This document shows, one piece after another, positions 42,521 through 51,224 of a stretch of 64,000 nt of DNA. The stretch is from contig JBCCYL010000003.1 of the NCBI GenBank assembly GCA_039189765.1, forward strand, positions 64,001-128,000, in the 5' to 3' direction. Source of the DNA: Cyanobacteria bacterium P01_F01_bin.150. GTDB taxonomy: Bacteria; Cyanobacteriota; Cyanobacteriia; CAKZMO01. Within the stretch, counting starts at the first letter, position 1, and each line of letters opens with the position of its first letter. A model generated the notes under the pieces. That model was not told the DNA's origin and ran no database searches. It was given only the letters and a program-made list of their open reading frames with translations. A program made the translations under genes and the position numbers.

Positions 42521-44719
42521 ATGGCAACTAAATTTCCAAAATTTAGCCAAGCCCTCGCCCAAGATCCAACGACTCGGCGGATCTGGTACGGGATTGCCAC
42601 TGCTCATGACTTTGAGAGTCACGACGGCATGACAGAAGAAAATCTTTATCAAAAGATTTTTGCTTCTCACTTTGGCCATCTGGCAATCATTTTCCTGTGG
42701 ACATCTGGCAACCTGTTTCACGTTGCTTGGCAAGGTAACTTTGAACAGTGGATTCAAGATCCTTTACATGTTCGTCCCATCGCCCATGCGATTTGGGATC
42801 CCCACTTTGGTAAAGGCGCAATTGATGCTTTTACCCAAGCAGGTGCTTCTGGCCCTGTGAACATTGCTTACTCTGGTGTGTACCATTGGTGGTACACCAT
42901 TGGGATGCGAACAGATGGTGACCTCTATGCAGGCTCCCTCTTCCTGTTGGTGCTGTCTACCCTCATGCTTTTTGCAGGTTGGTTGCACCTACAGCCCAAG
43001 TTTCGTCCAAGCTTGTCTTGGTTCAAGAATGCTGAATCCCGTTTGAATCACCATTTGGCTGGTTTGTTTGGTTTCAGCTCCATTGCTTGGACTGGTCACT
43101 TGGTGCACGTAGCTATTCCTGAGGCTCGGGGTGAGCATATCCGTTGGGGTAATTTCATTGCTCACTCCCCTCACCCTGCTGGGTTGATGCCATTCTTCAC
43201 CGGGAACTGGGGTGTGTATGCGAGAAATCCTGACACTTTAGAGCATGCGTTTGGTACTTCTGATGGTGCGGGTACTGCGATTCTTACCTTCTTGGGTGGA
43301 TTCCATCCCCAAACCGAAGCTTTATGGCTGACGGATATTGCCCATCACCATTTAGCCATTGGTGTTCTGTTTGTTATTGCTGGTCATATGTACCGGACAA
43401 ACTGGGGCATCGGTCACAGTATCAGAGAAATCTTAGATAGCCACATTCCCCCAAGCGGTAAGCTGGGAGCGGGTCATACAGGCTTGTATGATACTCTAAA
43501 CAACTCCTTGCACTTTCAGCTTGGATTGGCACTGGCCAGTTTGGGTGTGATAACCTCTTTGGTTGCCCAACACATGTATGCTATGCCCTCCTATGCCTTT
43601 ATTGCTAAGGCCTACACGACTCAAGCTGCACTTTATACTCATCATCAGTATATTGCTGGCTTCCTAATGGCAGGTGCTTTTGCTCACGGTGCCATCTTTT
43701 TTGTACGGGATTACGATCCTGTGGCTAATAAAGATAACGTGCTGTATCGGATGCTTGAGCACAAAGAAGCGATCATTTCCCACTTAAGCTGGATCTCTTT
43801 GTTCCTCGGATTCCATACTTTAGGGCTGTATGTGCACAATGATGTTGTAATGGCCTTTGGGACTCCTGAGAAGCAGATTCTGGTAGAGCCTGTGTTCGCT
43901 CAGTGGGTGCAAGCGGCTTCTGGTAAGGCGCTGTATGGTTTTGAGATTTTATTGTCTAATCCTGACAGTGCTGCTAATGGTGCGGCTGCTTGGCTACCAG
44001 GTTGGCAAAATGCTATCAATAGCAATGGCAACTCTTTGTTCTTGACTATTGGGCCTGGTGACTTTTTGGTTCACCATGCGATCGCTCTAGGGTTGCACAC
44101 CACTACTCTTGTTTTGGTCAAAGGTGCTCTGGATGCTCGTGGTTCTAAGCTGATGCCCGATAAGAAGGACTTCGGTTTTAGCTTCCCTTGTGACGGCCCT
44201 GGTCGTGGTGGTACTTGTGATATTGCTGCTTGGGATGCTTTCTACCTAGCCATGTTCTGGATGCTCAATACCATTGCTTGGCTGACCTTTTACTGGCATT
44301 GGAAACACTTGGCAGCATGGTCTGGTAATGTGGCCCAGTTCAATACGTCTTCAACTCACTTGATGGGTTGGTTCCGAGACTATCTCTGGCTAAACTCTGC
44401 CCAGTTAATTAATGGATACAACCCATTTGGGGTAAATAACCTTTCTGTTTGGGCTTGGATGTTCCTATTTGGACACCTTGTTTGGGCGACTGGTTTTATG
44501 TTCTTGATTTCCTGGCGTGGTTACTGGCAAGAGCTAATCGAAACGATTGTTTGGGCACACGAGCGTACTCCCCTAGCGAATCTTGTTCGTTGGAAGGATA
44601 AGCCTGTTGCATTGTCTATTGTTCAGGCCCGCTTGGTTGGTTTAGCTCACTTTACCATCGGCTTTTTCTTAACGTATGCTGCATTCTTGATTGCATCGAC
44701 CTCCGGTCGGTACGGCTAA
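42521..44719 (+). CDS. psaB: Photosystem I P700 apoprotein A2
   Basis: [48 protein letters not shown]. Confidence 0.99.
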   Translation: MATKFPKFSQALAQDPTTRRIWYGIATAHDFESHDGMTEENLYQKIFASHFGHLAIIFLWTSGNLFHVAWQGNFEQWIQDPLHVRPIAHAIWDPHFGKGAIDAFTQAGASGPVNIAYSGVYHWWYTIGMRTDGDLYAGSLFLLVLSTLMLFAGWLHLQPKFRPSLSWFKNAESRLNHHLAGLFGFSSIAWTGHLVHVAIPEARGEHIRWGNFIAHSPHPAGLMPFFTGNWGVYARNPDTLEHAFGTSDGAGTAILTFLGGFHPQTEALWLTDIAHHHLAIGVLFVIAGHMYRTNWGIGHSIREILDSHIPPSGKLGAGHTGLYDTLNNSLHFQLGLALASLGVITSLVAQHMYAMPSYAFIAKAYTTQAALYTHHQYIAGFLMAGAFAHGAIFFVRDYDPVANKDNVLYRMLEHKEAIISHLSWISLFLGFHTLGLYVHNDVVMAFGTPEKQILVEPVFAQWVQAASGKALYGFEILLSNPDSAANGAAAWLPGWQNAINSNGNSLFLTIGPGDFLVHHAIALGLHTTTLVLVKGALDARGSKLMPDKKDFGFSFPCDGPGRGGTCDIAAWDAFYLAMFWMLNTIAWLTFYWHWKHLAAWSGNVAQFNTSSTHLMGWFRDYLWLNSAQLINGYNPFGVNNLSVWAWMFLFGHLVWATGFMFLISWRGYWQELIETIVWAHERTPLANLVRWKDKPVALSIVQARLVGLAHFTIGFFLTYAAFLIASTSGRYG

Positions 44720-44751
44720 CCTAGTTAGTTCAATCTAGGATGTAATATAGG

Positions 44752-44784
44752 AAATCCCCACGCCGTAAGGCGTGGGGATTTTTT
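44752..44784 (+). terminator. Rho-independent terminator of psaAB
   Basis: AAATCCCCACGCC-gtaa-GGCGTGGGGATTT followed by TTT. Confidence 0.85.
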
Positions 44785-44899
44785 ATTGAGATAGAGATAA
44801 TAGCTGAGAATGGTAATGACATTCTTTGGGGTGAGGTTAAGAATGATTTGTTGAATGGAGGAGAGAGAGAAACGATCGCCTCTTTGTCCAAAATGATAA

Positions 44900-45331
44900 T
44901 GACACGTTGGTCGGCGATTGTTGCCCGTTGTTTTTCCTGCTCCGCCCGTTGTTTTTCCTGCTCAACCTGTCGTTCTGCTAACTTGGCCCGCTGGTCTAAT
45001 TCTAGAGGAGTGAGAAATTTGCGGCCATTCGGTTGATAAATCTCCAAATCTGTATGTTATCTTCTTGCCATTGTCGATAGGAACCTCGGTCTCCTTTGGG
45101 TCTACCAAACGTAACCATCGTATCGGGCGCTAGCGTTAGGGTATTGTTCCCTTCTACTGGATACCATAGTAAATCTCCTGCAACAAAGACATCGGACTGC
45201 TCAGCAAACAGGATCTCCAAATTTTCTTTAATGGTTACAATCCAGCGAAATTGTTTGGTATTGTCAGCCATTGGTTGCCCGGCACTGTCGGGGTAGATGA
45301 TGTCACTGCTGGTGGAACGAATGGCGGTCAT
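44900..45331 (-). pseudogene. Uma2-family endonuclease with internal deletion and frameshift
   Basis: YPDSAGQPMADNTKQFRWI...APDTMV.FGRPKGDRGSY.QWQEDNI jumps out of frame near 45053 to LEIYQPNGRKFLT...EQEKQRAEQEKQRA; the expected VVFEILSP core is missing. Confidence 0.85.
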
Positions 45332-45425
45332 AGGTCACTCCTTTGTGGCGATCGCAATCCAAACAAAATAGAGTTTCTAAGAATAGTATACGTATTGGTT
45401 ACCTGGGCATCGCCCGCATCGCTGA

Positions 45426-45650
45426 AAGGCAGAAGGCAGAAGGCAGAAGGTAGAAGCAGAATGGGGCGTTGGTTTACCTGTACGTAGTGCGTATTGCCTT
45501 CCTCATCTCCAAAATCCAAAATCCAAAATCGCTTGACTCTGACAAAAATTCAGCTGTGGATTACGCTGTCGCGTTTCTTTTATGCTCCTTGGGCTATATC
45601 CACCCTCTTGCTCCGGCTCCCCCAATCCAAAATCCAACATCTAAAGTCCG
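45426..45650. repeat. Short tandem heptamer repeats (STRR-like)
   Basis: (AAGGCAG)n at 45426-45461; (CCAAAAT)n at about 45509-45531 and 45624-45650. Confidence 0.85.
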
Positions 45651-45749
45651 GTGGGCGATCGCTTTTGGTAGATAGAGGCGATACGTGCAAAGCACAGACA
45701 ATCCAACGCCATTTTGGCATTTGGATGATGAATCTGTCAGGTTTGTAGA

Positions 45750-45787
45750 TCGCGTAGGGTGTGTGTAGGCGACAGCCGTAACGCACC
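45750..45787 (+). repeat. GTAG-type REP-like palindrome
   Basis: TCGCGTAGGGTGTGTGTAGGCGACAGCCGTAACGCACC; 37/38 identical to the inverted copy at 53375-53412. Confidence 0.85.
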
Positions 45788-45792
45788 GATAT

Positions 45793-46575
45793 TTAGCCAA
45801 AGCCGCCCAAAGATGTTTGGCTAAAGCTGCCTGCGCTTTGGCTGGCTCGTATAGCCGATTGGGAAAATATTTGAAACGCCTGACGAATATCCTTTTGGCT
45901 ATTACCCGGTGTCAGAATCCACTCATCGCGAATCCCCATTGCCCGAAATACATGATGGAAATCCGTTTGGCCATCATCAATGCCCATGCCCGCAACAATA
46001 TGATTTTCACTGCGCAACATAGCCTCCACCAGCGTTTTCACCTGTTTCGCCGTAGCCCGACTAGAGCCATCCGCCCCATCAGTAATGATTAAGGTTACCG
46101 TCCGTACTGGAACACCATTATCGTCAAACTCTTGAGTCTTCGCCAGCACCGTCCCCAGTAGCACCAGCGTTTGTTCATACAGCGGTGTACCTTTGTTGGG
46201 ATTGTAATTTTGGCTGTCCATCCGCACCGCCTGCTTGACCGGGCAGTAGGGATATAGCACCGCTCCGTTTAAATAGCGATTGTGTACCAGAATATTGTCC
46301 TGTTGTTTGGAAGTCGCCAACGCATCCAGAATTGTATTATGTCCGGCTCGCACCACCGCACTATTGCCTGAAAATTTAATCGACCCGGAATCATCCGGCA
46401 TAATCGTCATCAGCACCACTTCACTGGACATCACATCATCCACATGAATACCCAGCCCGGCCTGAATTTGGGCACCAATATCCACCACATTAAGCGCCTG
46501 CATTGACGCATTCGATAATAAACCATCCTCATGGGCAGTCTGAAACAGATTATCGATATTAGGAGTTGAAGTCAT
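45793..46575 (-). CDS. vWA-domain protein (TerY/YegL-like)
   Basis: MIDAS elements PDDSGSI, GTPLY, IITDGAD; GGAG RBS. Confidence 0.82.
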   Translation of the reverse strand: MTSTPNIDNLFQTAHEDGLLSNASMQALNVVDIGAQIQAGLGIHVDDVMSSEVVLMTIMPDDSGSIKFSGNSAVVRAGHNTILDALATSKQQDNILVHNRYLNGAVLYPYCPVKQAVRMDSQNYNPNKGTPLYEQTLVLLGTVLAKTQEFDDNGVPVRTVTLIITDGADGSSRATAKQVKTLVEAMLRSENHIVAGMGIDDGQTDFHHVFRAMGIRDEWILTPGNSQKDIRQAFQIFSQSAIRASQSAGSFSQTSLGGFG

Positions 46576-46586
46576 TGAAATTCTCC

Positions 46587-47117
46587 GAATTTTAGATTTT
46601 GGATTTTGAGATTACTGTCAAAAAATGCACGCAGAAATCCTGTGATGCGATAAGCCAGAGACCATGAGTGGCAGACCCTCACCGCACCTTAATTAATTGA
46701 ATGAACCCTTAAAGCCCTGAACGATTCTCTCCAACTCCCCTTAATCAAGCAGGGAATTCAGCTGAGACGTTCGGCGATCGCTCAGCCGAGCCGCTCACAT
46801 CGAAACCTAGCCCCCTCTCAAGCCAGGAAATTAGACATTTACAGAAAAAGACTACCGAATATTCACAGCAAATGGAGGTCAAGTGTTCCTGCTAATGACA
46901 CGTTCCCCTCCTGGGAGGGGCTAGGGGTGGGTCTGATCGACACGCTAAACACATACCGCTTTTTAAGAGAGATTGAAGGGGATCTCTTCCCTTGTTTCCA
47001 GTGTCCCGCAGAAAAGCCCATCTGAGACTCTGCCTCAGACAAGATAGCGGAGCCAGAGTCTCCTGAAAGAGCACCCAGCCAGAGTCTGGGCACCAGGAAT
47101 TTTAGATTTTGGATTTT
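46587..47117. repeat. Repeat-rich spacer bounded by identical 21-bp direct repeats
   Basis: GAATTTTAGATTTTGGATTTT at 46587-46607 and 47097-47117; inside are small palindromic repeats such as CCCCTCCTGGGAGGGG and CCCAGCCAGAGTCTGGG. Confidence 0.85.
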
Positions 47118-48159
47118 AGCTTAGCTCTATCCCTGGCCAAGTCTCGATCGCATCTATGGATTGCACCACCTTCATTCCCGCATCAGCAAATCGCTGAAAC
47201 GCACCATCTGCCTGATCCGTAAAGTCCACCACCCCCGGCACCACCACTGGAGACGTACAGTCCTCCAGCAGGTAGACTTTTTGGGCTAATGCCGGATCTT
47301 TGGCCTGAATTTCCGTAAGCAAATCATCGATTGTCCATGCGACACAGTGGCTCTTAGCCTGTCCCGCGATAATCACCGCATCAAAGTCCAGAAGCTTTTG
47401 GATAAAGCGAGTATTCTTCTGGGCAATGGGCCGACCATCGGGACCGTCTAATACCTCTGGTCGCAACACCGAGTAGTTTTCCGTTAAGGGGTTGCCGCCT
47501 TTGACCTCAAAATTTGTTTGGCTATTACGAGCCAGATTATGGAAAAAGCACGCTTCCTCCACCGCTGACACCAGCGCGTAGCTAATGCCCCCCAGCATGG
47601 CATGATAGGGCCAAATGGTCAGGGGATATTTGCCATCTTCACTCAGGCGCTTGGCATAGTGGAGAGCAAAGGATTGCAGCGCCATATAGTTGCCGTTGGC
47701 AATGCTGTAGGCGATCGCCGGATTGATTTTCCAGCGTCCCTGCTGCACATCATCCAAATCAATCATAGTTAGCGGTGCCGGATTTTCTCCCGCATCGTTA
47801 ATCCAAAAATCGCTATGGAAAATCTGCATCGCCGTATGGGTATCCAGCGTCGGCGCAATTTCCGTTATCATCCCCAAATTACGATAGATAAATTCGCACA
47901 GCCGCACATTATCCTCCACTGCCCCCGTCCCCGATCGCCCCCCAACAAATAGCTCAAAATCGGGAATACAGAACGTATTTTGGGCATCAATAATCATCAG
48001 ACAAATGCGGGTTTTATCCTTAGCAGCAGGGGGTAGCTGATGCTGCTTAGCCCACTGTTTGGCCTGGCCTGCTCTCTCTTGGTAGGGGACGCGCCACACT
48101 TCACCAACGCGGGTGCGATCAAAATGGGTAGGAATAGGAAGCTGGGTCAAGGTAGTCAT
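47116..48159 (-). CDS. Cysteine hydrolase (isochorismatase superfamily), nicotinamidase/PncA-like
   Basis: Catalytic D (IIDAQNTF), K (EVKG) and C (AGQAKSHCV); metal-site-like TLDTH and WPYH; ATG at 48159 with GGAG RBS. Confidence 0.82.
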   Translation of the reverse strand: MTTLTQLPIPTHFDRTRVGEVWRVPYQERAGQAKQWAKQHQLPPAAKDKTRICLMIIDAQNTFCIPDFELFVGGRSGTGAVEDNVRLCEFIYRNLGMITEIAPTLDTHTAMQIFHSDFWINDAGENPAPLTMIDLDDVQQGRWKINPAIAYSIANGNYMALQSFALHYAKRLSEDGKYPLTIWPYHAMLGGISYALVSAVEEACFFHNLARNSQTNFEVKGGNPLTENYSVLRPEVLDGPDGRPIAQKNTRFIQKLLDFDAVIIAGQAKSHCVAWTIDDLLTEIQAKDPALAQKVYLLEDCTSPVVVPGVVDFTDQADGAFQRFADAGMKVVQSIDAIETWPGIELS

Positions 48160-48172
48160 AGCGTGTTCTCCG

Positions 48173-50140
48173 TTAGGTAAGTTGAAGTTGTTGAATGTGG
48201 TGGGCACTGACAGCGTAAAGACCAGAGGTCGCTGGCAGCAGACGACAGCTTGAATCTACAAAGGGTTCAGTGTCCGGAAATACCTTAGTTTGCATTAGCT
48301 GATCGTTTTGGCGGTCGATACGAATAATTCCTGTATCGGTGGCCGCCAGCAGAAAATCATTGACGGCATAGAAGGGACAAGGATCGATAAATAATGCTTT
48401 GGAATCGCCCAAATGTGCCAACCAATGCTCCAATCCTTGAGACGCTTTTGTTTCAGCCAGGACTGTACCGTCAGCATTAAGAACGATGCAGCGGTAGTGG
48501 ATCTGCCCCTGCTCCTGGGTAATTAAAAATAGCCAGCCACGGCTCGACTTTCGCACCGCTGAGCGGTTAAAACCGCAGGTGGCGTGAATCAGCGCTCCCT
48601 GCCATGTCGGAAGCTGGACCCGGTCGTTAATCCCAGGACGCTCCCCATCAAAGACAAACGCAACGGTTAATTCCCCTGCCTGATAAAAACCAAAGCCAAA
48701 GCGATCGCCCACCCATATTTGCGTATGTCCCCCTGGCAAGACCGTCCCCATAACTATGCTGCTGTCCTGAGCGATCGCGACTGATGTCTGCATCTGATTG
48801 CCCGATAACTGACGCCGCAATAGTTGTCCTTGATTGATCCAGTATTGGGATTGGGAATTTACGTCAAACTGGGCGATCGCGCCGTAACTCTCTACGGCTA
48901 AGCGGGACTGCGGTGAGACCAAACAAACCACCTGTCCCTGTTGACCAATAAGCGTAGTTCCACCCTGAATTCGCCAGCGGAGGTTGGGCATTAAAGAACC
49001 ATTTAGCAACACCGTGCCATCCTCTCGCTTAAACGCATCCTGCTCCCAATAGATCCAAGACAGCTTTCCAGCCTCAACCGTAGCCGATAAGATAATACCT
49101 TCGGTGGTAAAAACAGGCGTAACGGTAACATTCCCATAAACCGTTTCCGTTGGTATGGCGGACGCTTGACGAGACGCCTGAATAGGTGAAGACACCGTGC
49201 AGTTAGGACAGTGCGATCGCGCATGGTCAATCCCGCAGGTGGTGCAGGTGGTCCACCGAAGGCTTTCGAGGAGCGATCGCGGCAGCATACCCCGCCAATC
49301 CTGTTCAAACACTTGATGAAAATGCTGCAAGAGTTCATCCGGCAGGCAGTCGTACGGTAAAGCAGGCTTGGGATAGCGCACCTCTGGGTGAAACACAGTA
49401 ATCCGCTTCAATGACCGGGCACTTTGGGGAACGCGCTGACTTTTATCCTTGGGTTTATGCACACCACCATAAGGATCGACAAACAACAAACACTGCATCA
49501 GCATTACCGAAAAGGCATACCAGTCGGATTCCACCGTATGGGACTGCTGTAGTATCGGTTGATTCGCATCAGGGTCACAAAGTAACGGATCGACAAAGCG
49601 GGCCGTAAACATAGGACAGGAAAACGCTCCAAACTGAAAGGAATCGGTATCAATAATGTACGCTGACCTATCCTTGACCAGCACGTTTAAATCATTAAAA
49701 TCGCCAATTACAACGTTCTGCTGATGTAGCTGGGTGATAGTGCGGTGCAAATCCAAGAAGATATCCACCACGGTTTGAGCCGCAATCCCCTGGCGGAAAG
49801 CGCGATCGCCATACCTCAACAATACCTCCGTATCCTTTACCAACGGCATGGTGTAGCCTAATATCTGCCGCTCTCGCTTATCCATCGCTAACTCTTGGGG
49901 ACTAATCACTCGTTCCGGTAAGCCCACCGGAAACTGACGGAGCTTTTGCTGATGCTGGCGGAGGCGATCGCGTGCGGCTTGCTGAGCCTCTGGCATCCCC
50001 GCAAAGTCTGGGTGGTCAGGGGGCTTAAAGACCTTTATGGCGCGATCGCGTCTCCATTGAAAGACGTCTGCTTCTCCTCCCTTGCCAATGGCATTTTTTG
50101 CAGTGAGCCGAACTTTTTGCTGATTAACGTAAATATCCAT
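48173..50140 (-). CDS. YegI-like Ser/Thr protein kinase with zinc ribbon and beta-rich C-terminal region
   Basis: GKGGEA, AIKVF, HQQNVVIGDFNDLNVLV, IIDTDSFQ, SDWYAF; CTTC-x8-CPNC. Confidence 0.85.
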   Translation of the reverse strand: MDIYVNQQKVRLTAKNAIGKGGEADVFQWRRDRAIKVFKPPDHPDFAGMPEAQQAARDRLRQHQQKLRQFPVGLPERVISPQELAMDKRERQILGYTMPLVKDTEVLLRYGDRAFRQGIAAQTVVDIFLDLHRTITQLHQQNVVIGDFNDLNVLVKDRSAYIIDTDSFQFGAFSCPMFTARFVDPLLCDPDANQPILQQSHTVESDWYAFSVMLMQCLLFVDPYGGVHKPKDKSQRVPQSARSLKRITVFHPEVRYPKPALPYDCLPDELLQHFHQVFEQDWRGMLPRSLLESLRWTTCTTCGIDHARSHCPNCTVSSPIQASRQASAIPTETVYGNVTVTPVFTTEGIILSATVEAGKLSWIYWEQDAFKREDGTVLLNGSLMPNLRWRIQGGTTLIGQQGQVVCLVSPQSRLAVESYGAIAQFDVNSQSQYWINQGQLLRRQLSGNQMQTSVAIAQDSSIVMGTVLPGGHTQIWVGDRFGFGFYQAGELTVAFVFDGERPGINDRVQLPTWQGALIHATCGFNRSAVRKSSRGWLFLITQEQGQIHYRCIVLNADGTVLAETKASQGLEHWLAHLGDSKALFIDPCPFYAVNDFLLAATDTGIIRIDRQNDQLMQTKVFPDTEPFVDSSCRLLPATSGLYAVSAHHIQQLQLT

Positions 50141-51065
50141 AATTTTTCCTCATCACTACCAACGTCGTGTCGTCTGGCAGCAATCCTCCAGTTTTAATAA
50201 GCTGTTGGCTAGCCCAGTCTGGCGTTGTCCGCTCACGATTAATTAGGGCCAACCGTCGTCGAACCATGTCAGGATTTTGAAAGTAGCGATCGCCCTGCCA
50301 AAACTGACTGAGATCGCCAATCGGTTCAGGGTTATTCGATAGTTTGCTTGGAAGTGAATGAGAAGCGATTGCCCTCAGATCCTCTACGCCATCGCTACCA
50401 ATCAGAATCGATCGCACCTCTGATGTTGGCGCTTGATAATGCATGGCAAATTGTAGTTTTTCAGGGATAAAGGATGTGTAGCCTTCCGGCATCAGACCAT
50501 AGGCTAAATAAGGCGGTGCATTATTGGAAAATGGCCCAATGGAGAACACGTCATCATTGACGGCAAAGACACCATCGCCGACCCCAAACACAAGGGTTGT
50601 CTCAGGAGTCATAACGGCCCCAATGACGGTGAATAGTAAATAGGATTGAATAATTGACCAGTTGGTGATGTCAGATGAGGACGGCTGGAGGGTCGTAATC
50701 AGCGATCGCATCTTTCCCAACACATCCTGCTGTACCCGACGCCATAATTGAGGGTCTGTAATATCAGCACGAACTTGGAGCTGGGCAGCAACGGCATTTA
50801 CAACCCACTTTGCGCCTAACCTTGCGCCGACCTCGCTAAAGGGACCGCTCCCACAGCCATCACAGACAACGGCGATCGCCCCGGTATTTCCTGCTTGCTG
50901 CGGATAACTAGATGACTCGACACTGTCTTTATCTTCAATCGTCGGCAGCTCTAAATAACGCCAGGCAAATGCGTCCTGATTATTCTGGCCTTTACGTCGA
51001 TGGACGTGCCCCTGGACAGAGCCAGCGGCAATCTCAATATGTTGTTGAGTAGGGTGCTGCTGCAT
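50124..51065 (-). CDS. PP2C-family phosphatase (YegK-like)
   Basis: GSVQG..H....NNQDA, VCDGCGS, GVGDG, GSDGV, DDTTL; ATG at 51065 with AAGGAG RBS; overlaps the kinase by 17 bp. Confidence 0.88.
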   Translation of the reverse strand: MQQHPTQQHIEIAAGSVQGHVHRRKGQNNQDAFAWRYLELPTIEDKDSVESSSYPQQAGNTGAIAVVCDGCGSGPFSEVGARLGAKWVVNAVAAQLQVRADITDPQLWRRVQQDVLGKMRSLITTLQPSSSDITNWSIIQSYLLFTVIGAVMTPETTLVFGVGDGVFAVNDDVFSIGPFSNNAPPYLAYGLMPEGYTSFIPEKLQFAMHYQAPTSEVRSILIGSDGVEDLRAIASHSLPSKLSNNPEPIGDLSQFWQGDRYFQNPDMVRRRLALINRERTTPDWASQQLIKTGGLLPDDTTLVVMRKNYGYLR

Positions 51066-51086
51066 AGGAATGCGGCTCCTTTTTGA

Positions 51087-51107
51087 ATAGTGTAAATAAA
51101 ACACTTA
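51087..51107. promoter_or_regulatory. Operator palindrome 2 (NrtR-type GT-N7-AC box) in the 5' UTR
   Basis: aTAGTGT-aaataaa-ACACTTa. Confidence 0.7.
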
Positions 51108-51120
51108 TCCCGACGCTTCC

Positions 51121-51149
51121 ATGTTAGTGTTCAAAATACACTATGTCAA
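51121..51149 (-). promoter_or_regulatory. Sigma70-type promoter of the PP2C-kinase-nicotinamidase-vWA operon
   Basis: Minus strand TTGACA (51149-51144), 17-bp spacer, TAACAT (51126-51121). Confidence 0.8.
51124..51144. promoter_or_regulatory. Operator palindrome 1 (NrtR-type GT-N7-AC box) between -35 and -10
   Basis: tTAGTGT-tcaaaat-ACACTAt, perfect 6-bp arms. Confidence 0.75.
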
Positions 51150-51224
51150 GATAGAGTTTTGCTATTCCTCTGTTAGAAGTCTGTATGCGTTGAAATAATT
51201 GGGGGATAGCCTATAGGTTTAAAT

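Noticed and set aside
40230..44719. Far-red (FaRLiP) or chlorophyll d-type photosystem I
   Set aside because: A0-ligand methionines ([14 protein letters not shown]) and the P700 H-bond Thr are canonical; no rfp/apc/psb paralogue cluster nearby
45251..45800. Short ORFs between the Uma2 remnant and the vWA gene
   Set aside because: Translations of heptamer and REP repeats (GRRQKAEGR, SKIQN); not credible proteins
47116..48159. True isochorismatase (siderophore pathway)
   Set aside because: It has a catalytic Cys and PncA-like metal-site residues, and no siderophore genes are nearby
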